NCBI RefSeq assembly: GCF_006345805.1 | Contig: NC_043002.1 | Location: 87,978,001-88,042,000 of the forward strand | Reading direction: 5' to 3' | Source of the DNA: Octopus sinensis | Lineage: Eukaryota | Length of the DNA: 64,000 nucleotides | Shown here: positions 52,130-64,000 of the stretch, in pieces | How the letters are laid out: the number at the start of each line of letters is the position of its first letter | Numbering within the stretch: the stretch's first letter is position 1 | Program-made: the position numbers and the translations under genes | The notes under the pieces: model-generated | The model's input: the letters and a program-made list of their open reading frames with translations, nothing else | Told to the model about the DNA's origin: nothing | Database searches by the model: none

Positions 52130-52300
52130 AGAAAGAGAGAGAAAGTCGTTGGTAAACATCTTGTCATGAGAGTCAGATGTAAATCGAAAAAGTAATTCTC
52201 ATTTATGTGTATGTATGTATGTATATATATATATACATGTAAATACACATACACACATACACACACTCACACACACACACATACACACACACACGCACGC

Positions 52301-52393
<93 letters not shown>

Positions 52394-52645
52394 GATTATA
52401 TGAATTAATTTAGGATTAGAATTATTCAAGTTGTATAAAAATAGTTATTGTCTGCATCATTCGAAAGAGAAATAATTTCTGCATAAGGTGTAAAAGATAA
52501 AAATAATTTGAATGGTATTAGTAACAAAATATTTTGTAAGAAATAGAACTTTTATTATCGGTCTTAAACTTATTTTCGCCAGTGTATATATATACATATA
52601 TATATATGGAGAGAGAGAAGCTCGCGTACATGTATATATGTACAA

Positions 52646-52710
<65 letters not shown>

Positions 52711-52789
52711 GTTGCGTAAATTATCGCCATTTTATATTCTTATAATTTTAATTTCATGCGTGCGCACTATTCCTTTTTGATTTTGTCGA

Positions 52790-53513
52790 CTACTCAGTAT
52801 AGTAGAGTCAGTTGGGCACCGTCTGTGAGAAAAACAGCACAATAATGCTATTCACTCTGCCAGAAATTTGGAAACGTCAAGCTGCACTGCTTGGCATTCG
52901 CGCCGCAAACTCCAATACGAACAGATGGTGAACACACAAAGCAACCGTTGGATTGCCGTGTCCGCAAACCATGTACCGAGAATGATAAAAACCAAACATC
53001 CAGTCAACCTCATGGTGTTTGGAGTGACCACAAGTAGTGGCGACATTATGCTTCCATCCATCTTCCCACACGGCTTCAGATTCAAGACGGAGGCCTACAT
53101 CAAGCGCCTGGAGGATGTGGTGTTACCCTGGATCATGAAGGTGACTGCTGGAAGACCCTATGTCTGGCAACAGGACTCGGCACCATGCCACACAAGCAGA
53201 AGGACCCAGTCATGGCTGTAACCACCTTGAAAATTATGTGCGAGGCGCAGTTGAGCGAGAGACCAACAACACTTCTTGTTACATGAAAGATGAACTGAAG
53301 GCAAGGATTATGGCAGCATCAGCAACTTAAACAAAGAGACCGTCAAGAAGAGTTGCAAGAGATTATGAAGTCATCTGGAGGCCGTAGTTGAAGCCAATGG
53401 CGATTTTATTGAATAAATTTACTGTTTGGTATTTCAAGATATTTTCATGTAATTCTGGGTAAATATATCTGTTAAAATGGGATGTCAGTGTTACTTATAT
53501 TCGCCGCACCCTG
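52790..53513 (+). mobile_element. Internally deleted maT/DD37D-like transposon relic
   Basis: TKHPVNLMVFGV, YVWQQDSAPCHTS; right TIR cgccgcaccctg|TA; left TIR not seen. Confidence 0.75.
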
Positions 53514-53656
53514 TACATATACATATATACATACATACATACATACACACACACATACATAAATACACGCATATATATATCTATATCTATATCTATATCT
53601 ATATATATTACATATATATACATATATATACACACACATATATATATATATATATA

Positions 53657-53692
<36 letters not shown>

Positions 53693-53700
53693 GTGTATAC

Positions 53701-53756
<56 letters not shown>

Positions 53757-53853
53757 AATAATAAAAGGGTAAAATTAATTAATTATTAATTAATAATTTT
53801 ACCAAGTAGTGTTCAGTATGTAAAAAGACTATTTACGGTATATTTAAAACATT

Positions 53854-54185
<332 letters not shown>

Positions 54186-54276
54186 ACATATATATATACA
54201 TATATATATGTATATATATATATATATATAATATATATATATATTATATATATATATATGTGTGTATACATATATA

Positions 54277-54312
<36 letters not shown>

Positions 54313-54354
54313 TGTATGTATGTATGTACGTATGTATTTGTGTATATATATATA

Positions 54355-55360
54355 TGGAAAAATGCCAAGGTAGAAAATGCTAAAATAATTTTATAAAAAA
54401 CATTTCAGTACCGGTTTCGGACATTGAGACTTTTTCAACTGTAAGTATGGAAAACAATTAAATTTTGTAGCCAACGAATTAGTAAAGAGACTCTTTTTAT
54501 TACGAAATACAGATTCCTTTTGAACGCATCTACAACAAATGACATATCCACCACGGCCTTAGAATAACACAAACCCAAAACTTAAAAGTGATTCATTCAA
54601 AAGACATAGCCAAGAATTCATTAAAAACAGTCCCAATCAATGCTATAATCCACAACGAGCTACTTTTAGGTCACTTGATCATTTAAAATCCTACTACTAT
54701 CATACCATACCGCATTCTCTTATTATTCTTTCTTTTCTTCTCTGTCTCCTTCTTCTTCGTCTTCTTCTTCCTCTCCGCCACTTCCTTCCTTACTTTACTA
54801 CTACTGCTGTTTAGAATAACATCTACGCAAATATTATAAACAATACATTCAAAAGAGATATCTCAAGGATTCAGTCACTACGACCATCCACAAGTTCACT
54901 TTCAGGGCACTTGACCATTTAACATCCTACTATTATCATAGCATTCCCACGTTCTTCTTCTTCTTCTTCTTCTTCTTCTTCTTCTTCTTCTTCTTCTTCT
55001 TCTTCTTCTTCTTCTTCTTCTTCTTCTTCTTCTTCTTCTTCTTCTTCTTCTTCTTCTTCTTCTTCTTCTTCTTCTTCTTCTTCTTCTTCTTCTTTTTCTT
55101 CGTCTTCTTCTCTGCCAAGAATTCACAATGACCTTGAACCCACAAGAGTAAACAAGAGAGACAGAGACAGGCAGGAACAAGGAAAATACCCCTTGTATTT
55201 GAATACAATGCAAATATTGTTTTAAAAAACATTTCATATAATTTTTCCAAAATTGAACTTTTTTCCATACTTACAGCTGAAAAAGTATCAATGACCGTAA
55301 CCGGTACTGAAATGTTTTTTATAAAATTATTTTAGTATATTTCCTACCTTGACTTTTTTC
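54355..55360. mobile_element. Segment bounded by about 110-bp inverted repeats, each carrying a degenerate hammerhead (PLE pseudo-LTR-like)
   Basis: Arms about 54365-54470 and 55250-55360; motifs cag-(T/C)TGAAAA..G(A/T)AA-CCGGT-A-ctg at 54406-54441 (-) and 55274-55309 (+). Confidence 0.7.
54953..55095. repeat. (TTC)n tract of about 140 bp
   Basis: Directly visible. Confidence 0.97.
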
Positions 55361-55374
55361 CACCCACCCCCCAA

Positions 55375-55458
<84 letters not shown>

Positions 55459-55512
55459 GTATCAACTCGTGTGATTCTTTTCACCTTCTGCATATATATG
55501 TAGTTGTGCTAT

Positions 55513-55544
<32 letters not shown>

Positions 55545-55626
55545 ACAATTGCAGCGTCGAAGGTCTTTATAAGCCATTTAAGAAACACACAAAAGCCGTT
55601 CGATTCACTTCAACATTTAAGTTTAA

Positions 55627-55677
55627 TTTGTCAAAATATTTTCGTCGCTATAGGACCGCGACCTGTTCACTGACAAA
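55627..55677 (-). ncRNA. Minimal type I hammerhead ribozyme, G3-C8 covariant (mirror copy)
   Basis: Same as 55698-55748 except one stem II loop base. Confidence 0.7.
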
Positions 55678-55697
55678 AATCCGATGCAGCACGGATT

Positions 55698-55748
55698 TTT
55701 GTCAGTGAACAGGTCGCGGTCTTATAGCGACGAAAATATTTTGACAAA
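55698..55748 (+). ncRNA. Minimal type I hammerhead ribozyme, G3-C8 covariant
   Basis: tttgtca-GTGAACA-G-gtcgc/ggtcttata/gcgac-GAA-AATATT-U-tgacaaa: 7-bp stem I, 5-bp stem II, palindromic helix III. Confidence 0.7.
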
Positions 55749-56021
55749 TTAAACTTAAATGTTGAAATGAATCGAACGGCTTTTGTGTGTTTCTTAAATG
55801 GTTTACAAACACCTTCCACGCTGCAATTGTTTTCGTTCCAGCACACGATCTCCGATTAAATCACTTGCTACGCAAGTACATCTCCATAATATATATATAT
55901 ATAATATATATATATATATTATATATATATATATATATAATATATATATTATATATATATATATATATATACATGCATATATATATATATATACATATAT
56001 CTTATATATATATATATATAC

Positions 56022-56076
<55 letters not shown>

Positions 56077-56100
56077 TGTATGTATGTATATGTAATATAT

Positions 56101-56168
<68 letters not shown>

Positions 56169-56173
<5 letters not shown>

Positions 56174-56478
56174 GTAATGTAAGGACAAGCAAGTTAGGCA
56201 AGTTGAGTTAATGAAGTTGAATATAAGTTTTACGACTTCAACAGCTGTCTCTGGGTGCTTAGTGGTCCACAATCATCATATTGGACCACCAAGCCTCCAG
56301 AGACACCTGCTGGACTCGTAAAACTCTTACTCAACTCCTTTAATTCCTGATATCATTTCTGTTCGGTGTAAGTCGGACTTTTTTACATGTATACATACGT
56401 ACATTTTTTGTATTAAATGTGTTTAATATTTTTTATATATCGACTTGCCTAACTTGCTTGTCCTTACATTTACTCCAA
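56169..56478. mobile_element. 310-bp element with about 35-bp TIRs and an internal long hairpin, inserted in (TA)n
   Basis: ttggagtaatgtaaggacaagcaagttaggcaagt / acttgcctaacttgcttgtccttacatttactccaa; internal arms agttttacga..gtggtcca / tggaccac..tcgtaaaact. Confidence 0.8.
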
Positions 56479-56498
56479 TATATATATATATATATATA

Positions 56499-56549
<51 letters not shown>

Positions 56550-56665
56550 GATATATATACATATATATGTATATAATATATGTATATAACATATGTTATA
56601 TACATATAAGTATACATAATATGTATATATATATACATATATATATATAATATATGTATATAACA

Positions 56666-56707
<42 letters not shown>

Positions 56708-56719
56708 ATATATATATAT

Positions 56720-56750
<31 letters not shown>

Positions 56751-56856
56751 GATATATATATGTATACAGCTACTGCGCAACCGCAGTCCTTCGCCAGCAA
56801 TAAAAAAATGCCAGCTTTTAAAAACCGAAAATTATCCAAAAACTTACAATATTTAA

Positions 56857-57338
56857 TATCACAGGGAAATGGAAATTAATTAAAATTTACATTTCCAGTG
56901 GTCTAATGTGTAAAAAATTAGTCCAAAAGACTCGCAGTAGATTTTGAAAAAGTTAGGATGTGTAAACAAGGGGCATGTAGTTTGATCGCCTCGTGTGTAT
57001 ACATTTAACCCTAGGTGTTCCTGCTGAAGACGATTGCATCTGGTGAGTATATATGTTATCCATTTACTCGCTAAACTAAAATCAGAAACCAATTGGTCCA
57101 GGAAACTAGATGGTAAAATGTTTTTATTTTTCATTTCGTTCCTGGCAAATTTTATCCCTAATTTTGTGGTTATAGAAACTAGCTGTTCTTTCTAGCGTGT
57201 TGAATCCTATGAGTGGATTCCTCATGTGTTTAAATTTACACTGTATCTTATGACAAATACATAGTCTTTTGGACTAAATTTTTACACGTTAGACCACTGG
57301 AAATGTAAATTTTAATTAATTTCCATTTCCCTTTGATA
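56857..57338. mobile_element. MITE of about 480 bp with about 76-bp TIRs
   Basis: 56857-56932 is the reverse complement of 57263-57338 with few mismatches. Confidence 0.85.
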
Positions 57339-57631
57339 TGATTAAATATATATATTTTTTATTCTTTTATTTGTTTCAGTCATTTGGCTGCGGCCTTGCT
57401 GGAGCACCATATATATAAACATACTTCATATGTAAATATAAATGCAGGTATGTATGTTTTCGTTTTCTCTTTTTAATTTCGAGTACATTTAGACCGCTAT
57501 CTGCTTGATAAGAAATGTTTGAAGGAAAGCATCTTGTTTTGTCGACCATCCTTTATTTCTTAAAAAAGTCTCGCAGATTTTATTTGTGGGAGATATACTT
57601 GTTGTAAACCGACAGTTCAGATCACTATATG

Positions 57632-57663
57632 CTAACCCTAACCCTAACCCTAACCCTAACCCT
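57632..57663 (-). repeat. Interstitial (TTAGGG)n, about 5 units
   Basis: gctaaccctaaccctaaccctaaccctaaccct. Confidence 0.9.
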
Positions 57664-57865
57664 GTCTTGAAGTACTCGTTCCTTGTCCCTTATTTATTGA
57701 TAGGCCCATCACAGATATAAGATTCTCATCTTGTACAAGATACAGCCTTAGAGAGCAAAGGCTGTATTTCTAGGTTGTTCATGTTTAGTGTATCAGATAA
57801 AAGCATAACTTTGCCGTGTCTTACCACCAAAAATCCTCATTTGGGCTCGCCAAATTTCATTTCAA

Positions 57866-58575
57866 GCATGTATGTATGTATGTATGTATGTATGTATGTA
57901 TGAATGCATGTATATATGTATGTATGTATGCATGCATGTATGCATGCATGTATGTATGAATGCATGTATGTATGTATGTATGTATGTATGCATGTATGTA
58001 TGTATGGATGGATGGATGGATGGATGTATGTATGCATGTATGTATGCATGTATGTATGCATGTATGCATGTATGTATGCATGTATGTATGTATGTATGTA
58101 TGTATGTATGTATGTATGTATGCATGTATGTATGTATGTATGCATGCATGTAGGTATGTATGCATGTATGTATGCATGCATGTATGTATGTATGTATTAT
58201 GCATGCATATATGTATGTATGCATATATGTATGTATGTATGTATGCATGTATGAATGTATGTATGCATGTATGTATGCATGTATGTATGCATGCATGCAT
58301 GTATGTATGTATGTATGTATGTATGTATGCATGCATGTATGTATGCATGCATATATGTATGTATGTATGTATGCATATATGTATGTATGCATGCATATAT
58401 GTACATATGTATGTATGCATGTATGTATGCATGCATGTATGTATGTATGCATATATGTATTTATGTATGTATGTATGCGTGTATAAATGTATGCATGTAT
58501 GTATGTATGTATGTATTATGTATGTATGTGTGTATGTATGTATGTATGTTTGTATGTATGTATGCATGTATGTAT
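57866..58575. repeat. About 700-bp (TATG/CATG)n purine-pyrimidine alternating tract
   Basis: Directly visible. Confidence 0.95.
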
Positions 58576-58972
58576 ATAACTCATCCGCTGGATCATTCAC
58601 TACAAATTGGATTTTCCCTTTAAACAACATCTTATTAATTAATTCACTTTCATTTCGCAATTAATTATTGTTGCAAATAAAATAAATACATTACAAAAGA
58701 AAAAGTTTAAAGTCAAAGAAACCTTACAAAAATTATTTCAAATTTGTCAGTAAATATAATTATCAAAAACGAAAAATAAATTATAAATATGAGTCATATT
58801 TGCAACTGACAGAGAATTACTAATTAGAGGAATAGATTATAATAATTACAGCAGCACTGTTGTACAATGTTTGACAATCTCGGTTTGAATTCTAATATTA
58901 ATTTAGTTATGACTGAGTTGATTAGATCTGAGAGGATTTTCTTTTTTTTTACTTAAACTGCTTATTAGGCAC

Positions 58973-59375
58973 AAGGCATGGATGTGTGGTTAAGAAGTAC
59001 GCTTTGCACCCACATGATCTCAGGTTCAGTCCCAGTGCACGACACTTTTTGTCAAGGGTCTTCTACTTTAGCTCGAGCCGATCAATGCGTCGTGCGTGAA
59101 TTTGGTAAAGGGAAACTATGTGGAAGTCCATCGTATATATGTGCGTATTTGCGTTTGTTTTTGTGTTTGTCCACTCAACGTCACTTGACCACCGTTGCTG
59201 GTTTGTTTACGTCCCCGTAACTTAGCAGTTCGGCAAAAAGATGCCGATAGAATAAAGTACTAGTCTCTAAAAAATAAATATTGGGGTCGATTTCTTCGGC
59301 TGACCCCTTCAAGGCGGTGCCCCCATCATGGTTGTAGTACAGTTATTAAAACAAATAAAAGAAAGACAAAATAAA
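58973..59375 (+). mobile_element. Diverged SINE family B copy
   Basis: Family body. Confidence 0.7.
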
Positions 59376-59584
59376 GATAACAGAAAGATTAATAAATCAG
59401 GAGTTCAGTGATTCTCTACGTACAGAATATTACTTATTTCATATTGCAATTTGTGAACTATAGCGTCGTTGGTCACCGGTTACCAACATATCAGTATCAC
59501 TGGTTCACTGTACCTCTAACGCGAGAGCGATAAGTTCGGTTAATTGTACAAACCAAACCATCGAACAGTCATCAGGATACTTAC

Positions 59585-60571
59585 ACGTTGTATCTGCAAC
59601 TTGCGTTTCTAAACTGCAAAAATTCATTTCTAAATTGTTGTTTTGTCTTAATTATGTAATTGGCAAAGGGGCATAGGATAAGAACTGAATGAAAGAATAT
59701 TGTGGTCGGAGCTGAAAGGTTGTCAGATTAAATCACATCTTCAGTGACTCCGTGTCAAGGTATGTATCGCTTGATCAGAACCAAGTGGTTCTCAACCACG
59801 TTTCTCAACCTATTTTATTCTGATGGACTCTCATAGTCATTCTACCTTTTAAAAAATCCTATTATATTTTTATAATTAGATATTATTAAGAATTGCATTT
59901 AAAAAATTGGTTAAAATATCTTACGTATTCTAGAAGTATAAGCAATTTATTGCACATACATTTTAACAGCAAAATCTTATATGAACTTCAAGGGGCTATG
60001 TAGACCCTGGTTGAGAATTAACTACTGATCTAGACGGTTTACAGGAACTATGAGAAGGTTTACAAGAACTATAAAGCGGCGAGCTGGCAGAAACGTTAGC
60101 ACGCCGGGCGAAATGCTTAGCGGTATTTCGTCTGCCACTACGTTCTGAGTTCAAATTCCGCCGAGGTCGACTTTGCCTTTCATCCTTCCGGAGTCGGGGT
60201 CGATATAATCGACTTAATCCGTTTGTCTGTCCTTGTTTGTCCTCTCTGTGTTTAGCCCCTTGTGGGTAGTAAAGAAATAGGTATTTCGTCTGCCGCTACG
60301 TTCTGAGTTCAAATTCCGCCGAAGTCGACTTTGCCTTTCATCCTTTCGGGGTCGATAAATTAAGTACACTGGGTTCGATGTACTTGACTTAATCCCTTTG
60401 TCCATTCTTGTTTGTCCCCTCTATGTTTAGTCCCTTTGGGACAATAAAGAAATAAGGAAATATGAGAAGGTATCACTTACCGATGGAAAAAATTGAAAGA
60501 GACAGTCTCCATGTGATCGCTATTCCTGTCGTAAATGGCAATGAAATCTTTCATATATTCCTTCTTGCTGC
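59585..60571 (-). CDS. Two phase-compatible candidate exons (60481-60571, 59585-59613): GSKKEYMKDFIAIYDRNSDHMETVSFNFFHRLETQVADTT
   Basis: ctcttcttttccgcaAG| and |GTAAGT for the first; ttttgcAG| and |GTAAGT for the second; open frames. Confidence 0.45.
60076..60455 (+). mobile_element. SINE family A with an internal tandem duplication
   Basis: The head and core repeat from 60281. Confidence 0.8.
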
Positions 60572-61027
60572 CTTGCGGAAAAGAAGAGCATATTGGATAA
60601 TACAGCTATAATTCACTATGCCTGAAAATAAAGACTGACGGATAGCTTTGGTTGGAATGTCTTTTGTTAAAGTTCTGCCCGATCGGGGCTGACTTGTGGC
60701 TAAACAACACCAGCAACAACAACAACCACAACCAAGTTTTAACCTGTTTGTTTTTGGCTATCAGAGTTCACTCTTACAAGTATACTTTGACAAACAGAGA
60801 TGAGATTCATGCCAGTAATTTATGGGCGTACTCCATCAACATAATTACTATCACCACTATTACTGGTATAAAGACTTTGAGTTATCCTCCAGTAATATGA
60901 AATCAGTTTCAGATTTATCCAAATTGCAAATTATCCCTGCACTGTTGACATTACCCGTCTTTCTGATTTAGCTAAAATGATAAATTCTAACGCTTACAAC
61001 TCATATGTTCGTAGCATTAAACGAGTG

Positions 61028-61190
61028 TCGGTTGCCGTCGTGACGTCAGAATGGTTTCGGACCCCGTACTACTGATTTCCTCCGCAAAACACGAATAACA
61101 GCGGCTCGTCGGAGATATGAGCCCTGCGAGGTGGAGTGGCTCCTGCAGCGAGTGTCGCTAGCCATTCTCCGTGGCAGCAACAATCACATA
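61028..61190 (+). mobile_element. CRE-clade RLE C-terminal fragment
   Basis: PVAV..FGPRTTDFLRK..EPCEVEWLLQRVSLAILRGSN resembles the CRE motif LFQRLSxAIQRGN. Confidence 0.55.
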
Positions 61191-61544
61191 ATGCCGTCAA
61201 GTCCAACAACGTATATGGTACTACTCATCACCATTTTCCCACAACTTTCTCCAGCCATGGATCATCCCCACACAACTTAGACAAGACATGCCTAAAATGT
61301 GCCGATTCCATGAAAAAAGATCTCGAAAGCATCCTCGAATGGGCGCAGCTGAACTCACCATTGTTCTGGGGTATGTGCTCTATCTCCCCGCCCCTCCATC
61401 TTATGCTGCTTTACCCCCTTTTTGCTTTCTTATTTTCCCTTTCATATCTGTCTTTTTTCTTGTTCCTTTGTATTTAATTAGTAAATGAAAAAGTTGTAAA
61501 AAAATCTTAAAATGTGAAAATAAGAAGAAAATATCGAGTTACTT

Positions 61545-61761
61545 TTTTACTCTTTTACTTGTTTCAGTCATTTGACTGTGGCCATACTGGAGCACCGCCT
61601 TTAGTCGAGCAAATCGACTCCAGGACTTGTTCTTTGTAAGCCTAGTACTTATTCTACCGGTCTCTTTTGCCGAACCGCTAAGTTACAGGGACGTAAACAC
61701 ACCAGCATCGGTTGTCAAGCGAAGTTGGTGGGACAAACACAGACATACACACGCACACACA

Positions 61762-61811
<50 letters not shown>

Positions 61812-61992
61812 TATATATATATATATATACATATATACGACGGGCTTCTTTCAGTTTCCGTCTACCAAATCCTCTCACAAGGCTTTGGTCGGCCCGAGGC
61901 TATAGTAGAAGACACTTGTCCAAGGTGCCACGCAGTGGGACTGAACTCAGAATCATGTGGTTGGTAAGCAAGCTACTTACCACACAGCCACT
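61545..61992 (-). mobile_element. SINE family B copy (young)
   Basis: Full family body. Confidence 0.85.
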
Positions 61993-62235
61993 CCGAATAT
62001 TCTTTATGATGCCTTAAAAAAACACTTTGAACATCAGAGATTTAGAGTCCGCAATATTTTCAAATAAAAACATTACTCTCTGATAATTCAAAACTTTTAT
62101 TTTAGGTCGAATTTATTAAAAGCTTAAAAGCCACACTCCGTGTGAACTCTTAAGCTGGTTGCCGCAGACGGCTAAGTGGGCTGCGGTCCAAAAATAAAGA
62201 GAGCAATAATAATAATGTGTTTACTGGTACCCTAC

Positions 62236-62299
62236 CGCTTAAAGGAAAAACTTGGAAGTTCGCAAATTTTTGGAATTCTTTCAAAATTTGAATTTTCAA
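62236..62299 (-). CDS. Candidate 64-nt exon (ENSNFERIPKICELPSFSFK)
   Basis: gctaacAG| acceptor and cg|GTAGGG donor; open frame. Confidence 0.25.
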
Positions 62300-62379
62300 C
62301 TGTTAGCATATAACAAATCCTCATCCAAACCTGATCCCAAAGCTTGATGTTCAAGAACCAAATGAAGGGCAGATTTTCA

Positions 62380-62982
62380 ATCCCGGGATCATCCACTGTG
62401 GTCTCCTCATACAAGACAAAACATCTCGAGGATTGAATCACCCCAGAGGGCACTCACTAAACGAATTGAAGGCATGACTGCTCTCGATTATTAGGACCGC
62501 CTTAAAGCCTTGAAACTCTACTCTCTCCAGTCCCACCGCGAGCGGTACATCATTTGTACGACGTGGAGAATATACCGCCAACTTTGCCCAAACGACCTGA
62601 ACATTAGTTTCAAGGTTCATCCAAGCCTGGGACCACGGGCCATACGTCCCCTGCCCAGTTCAGGATCACAGCATATAGGTACACTGCAACATAATTTCTT
62701 TTCCTCGACAGGCTCTGCCCTGTTTAACATTGTCCCGAAAGCGATCAAAGAGGAAAAGGATCCCATCAACTTTAAACGGAGTCTGGATAGATTTCTTCAA
62801 GGAATACCAGATAAGCCACCCATAATTGGATACAACTCACCCAACAAGAACTCACTACTTGAATGGACCATAAACAAAACATGAATTAAACAGGATTTAG
62901 ATAATCCTATCAGGTGGTGCTATTAAGTTAGACATGGCCTGGATCAATCTTTGGTCGAAACATATCTAAGTTTATCTAAGTC
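62380..62982 (+). mobile_element. CR1-clade LINE 3' end with (TATCTAAG)n tail
   Basis: LWSPHTRQNISRIESPQRALTKRIEG..DY*DRLKALKLYSLQSHRERY..FKRSLDRFL..PD. Confidence 0.8.
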
Positions 62983-62983
62983 T

Positions 62984-63058
62984 ATGTCTACGTAGAGCAA
63001 ATGTAGACTGAGATACAGGGGTCACGGACGGACAGAATTTTGCGTTTGTTATTATAGA
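62984..63058 (-). mobile_element. Possible Helitron 5'-end fragment
   Basis: Reads A|TCTATAATAAC..ctgtccgtccgt on the minus strand. Confidence 0.35.
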
Positions 63059-64000
63059 TAAACTGTAATTGTATATATATCTATACATTTCAAATGCGAT
63101 CAGAATATATATTATAGGAAACAAAATATTTTAGTACTCATACACTTAAAATGCATTGGGTAATGTATCTATATACAAAACAAAATGTATTAATACATTT
63201 TAAATGCAAACAAAACATATCTATTATACAAAACAAAATCTATCCTTACGCTTTAAATGTGAACGTAATGTATTTATATACAAAACGAAATATATTTATA
63301 CAAACGGTATACATTTCTCGTAAGGATTGTATGAAATAGATTTCAGATTACCCTGGGAGTAATTTGAAATCGATTTCATCCTACGTCCCCCTATAACCGA
63401 TATTCTGAACGCGGTTTCAAGTTACCGGAAGATAAGCTGAAAGTGGGGAGTAGGGATGTGAGATGATCTGAAATCGCTCCACCGGTATCATTTTTATCGC
63501 TATATATATAAAATAAAATAAAAGATTAAACCACAAAAAAAAAGGTGGGGAGAAATTTAAATGGCAAGCCCATCATTTTCGACATACTTTAATCTGAAAG
63601 GTTTTTTCCAATTTATTCTTTAATTAGAACCGAAACATGAAATGTTAAATGAATGCTAAATTGACTAGGGTGATATAACAGTAAATATCACTCTAGTTGA
63701 CAAGCAAAACCAATTCCCGGATCATTTTCTGTACGGCCATGTTGATCTTCAAGTCTAATCAGCGTTCTTAAAGTTTCAATGATTGAAGAAGCTCCTATTT
63801 ACTACAGACTGTCACTTGCATATAGCTATGAATGAGAGAGAGAGAGTGTGTGTGTGTGTGTGTATGTGTGTGTAAGTGTGTGTGTGTGTAAGTGTGTGTG
63901 TAAGTGTGTGTGTGTGTGTGTGTGTGTGCCTCTGTGTGTGTATGTATGTGCGTGTTTGTGTATGGTGACGGGGTTAGGGTGCTCGCGTCTAAAATGCAGG

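Larger units (their letters stand above)
55544..55831. repeat. Near-perfect palindrome with 140-bp arms and an 8-nt loop
   Basis: Arms 55544-55683 and 55692-55831; six mismatches counted. Confidence 0.95.

Noticed and set aside
58575-58660. N-terminus of the 267-aa ORF (KGKIQFVVNDPADELY) as an exon
   Set aside because: No donor site; the frame runs straight into a microsatellite.

Overview
AT-rich animal genomic DNA with very dense microsatellites. The repeat landscape suggests a coleoid cephalopod such as Octopus (inference, not a database result). One host gene is securely recognisable: ANKUB1, a 628-aa CDS in a single exon at 16589-18475 (+). Scattered candidate small exons suggest an unidentified multi-exon gene on the minus strand, which might contain ANKUB1 in an intron (low confidence). 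The rest is mobile-element derived: a near-intact 5'-truncated Neptune-type Penelope-like element (PLE), two Naiad-type PLEs, four mariner and two DD37D-like relics, hAT relics, a Gypsy pol relic, CR1/RTE/RLE LINE fragments, three full non-autonomous Helitrons, several MITEs and about 20 tRNA-derived SINEs. Most ORF-track entries are microsatellite translations. The most notable observations are: (i) minimal hammerhead-ribozyme motifs in PLE-type repeats that covary at the 3-8 core pair (C-G, G-C, U-A), including two G3-C8 hammerheads inside a 140-bp-arm palindrome; (ii) a fixed-spacing CCAAT/CRE x5 + TATA + Inr promoter in the Neptune pseudo-LTR; (iii) five consecutive inverted-repeat modules at 53.8-57.3 kb; (iv) a 53-bp inverted templated insertion in a mariner whose donor is bounded by AG/GT like an exon.
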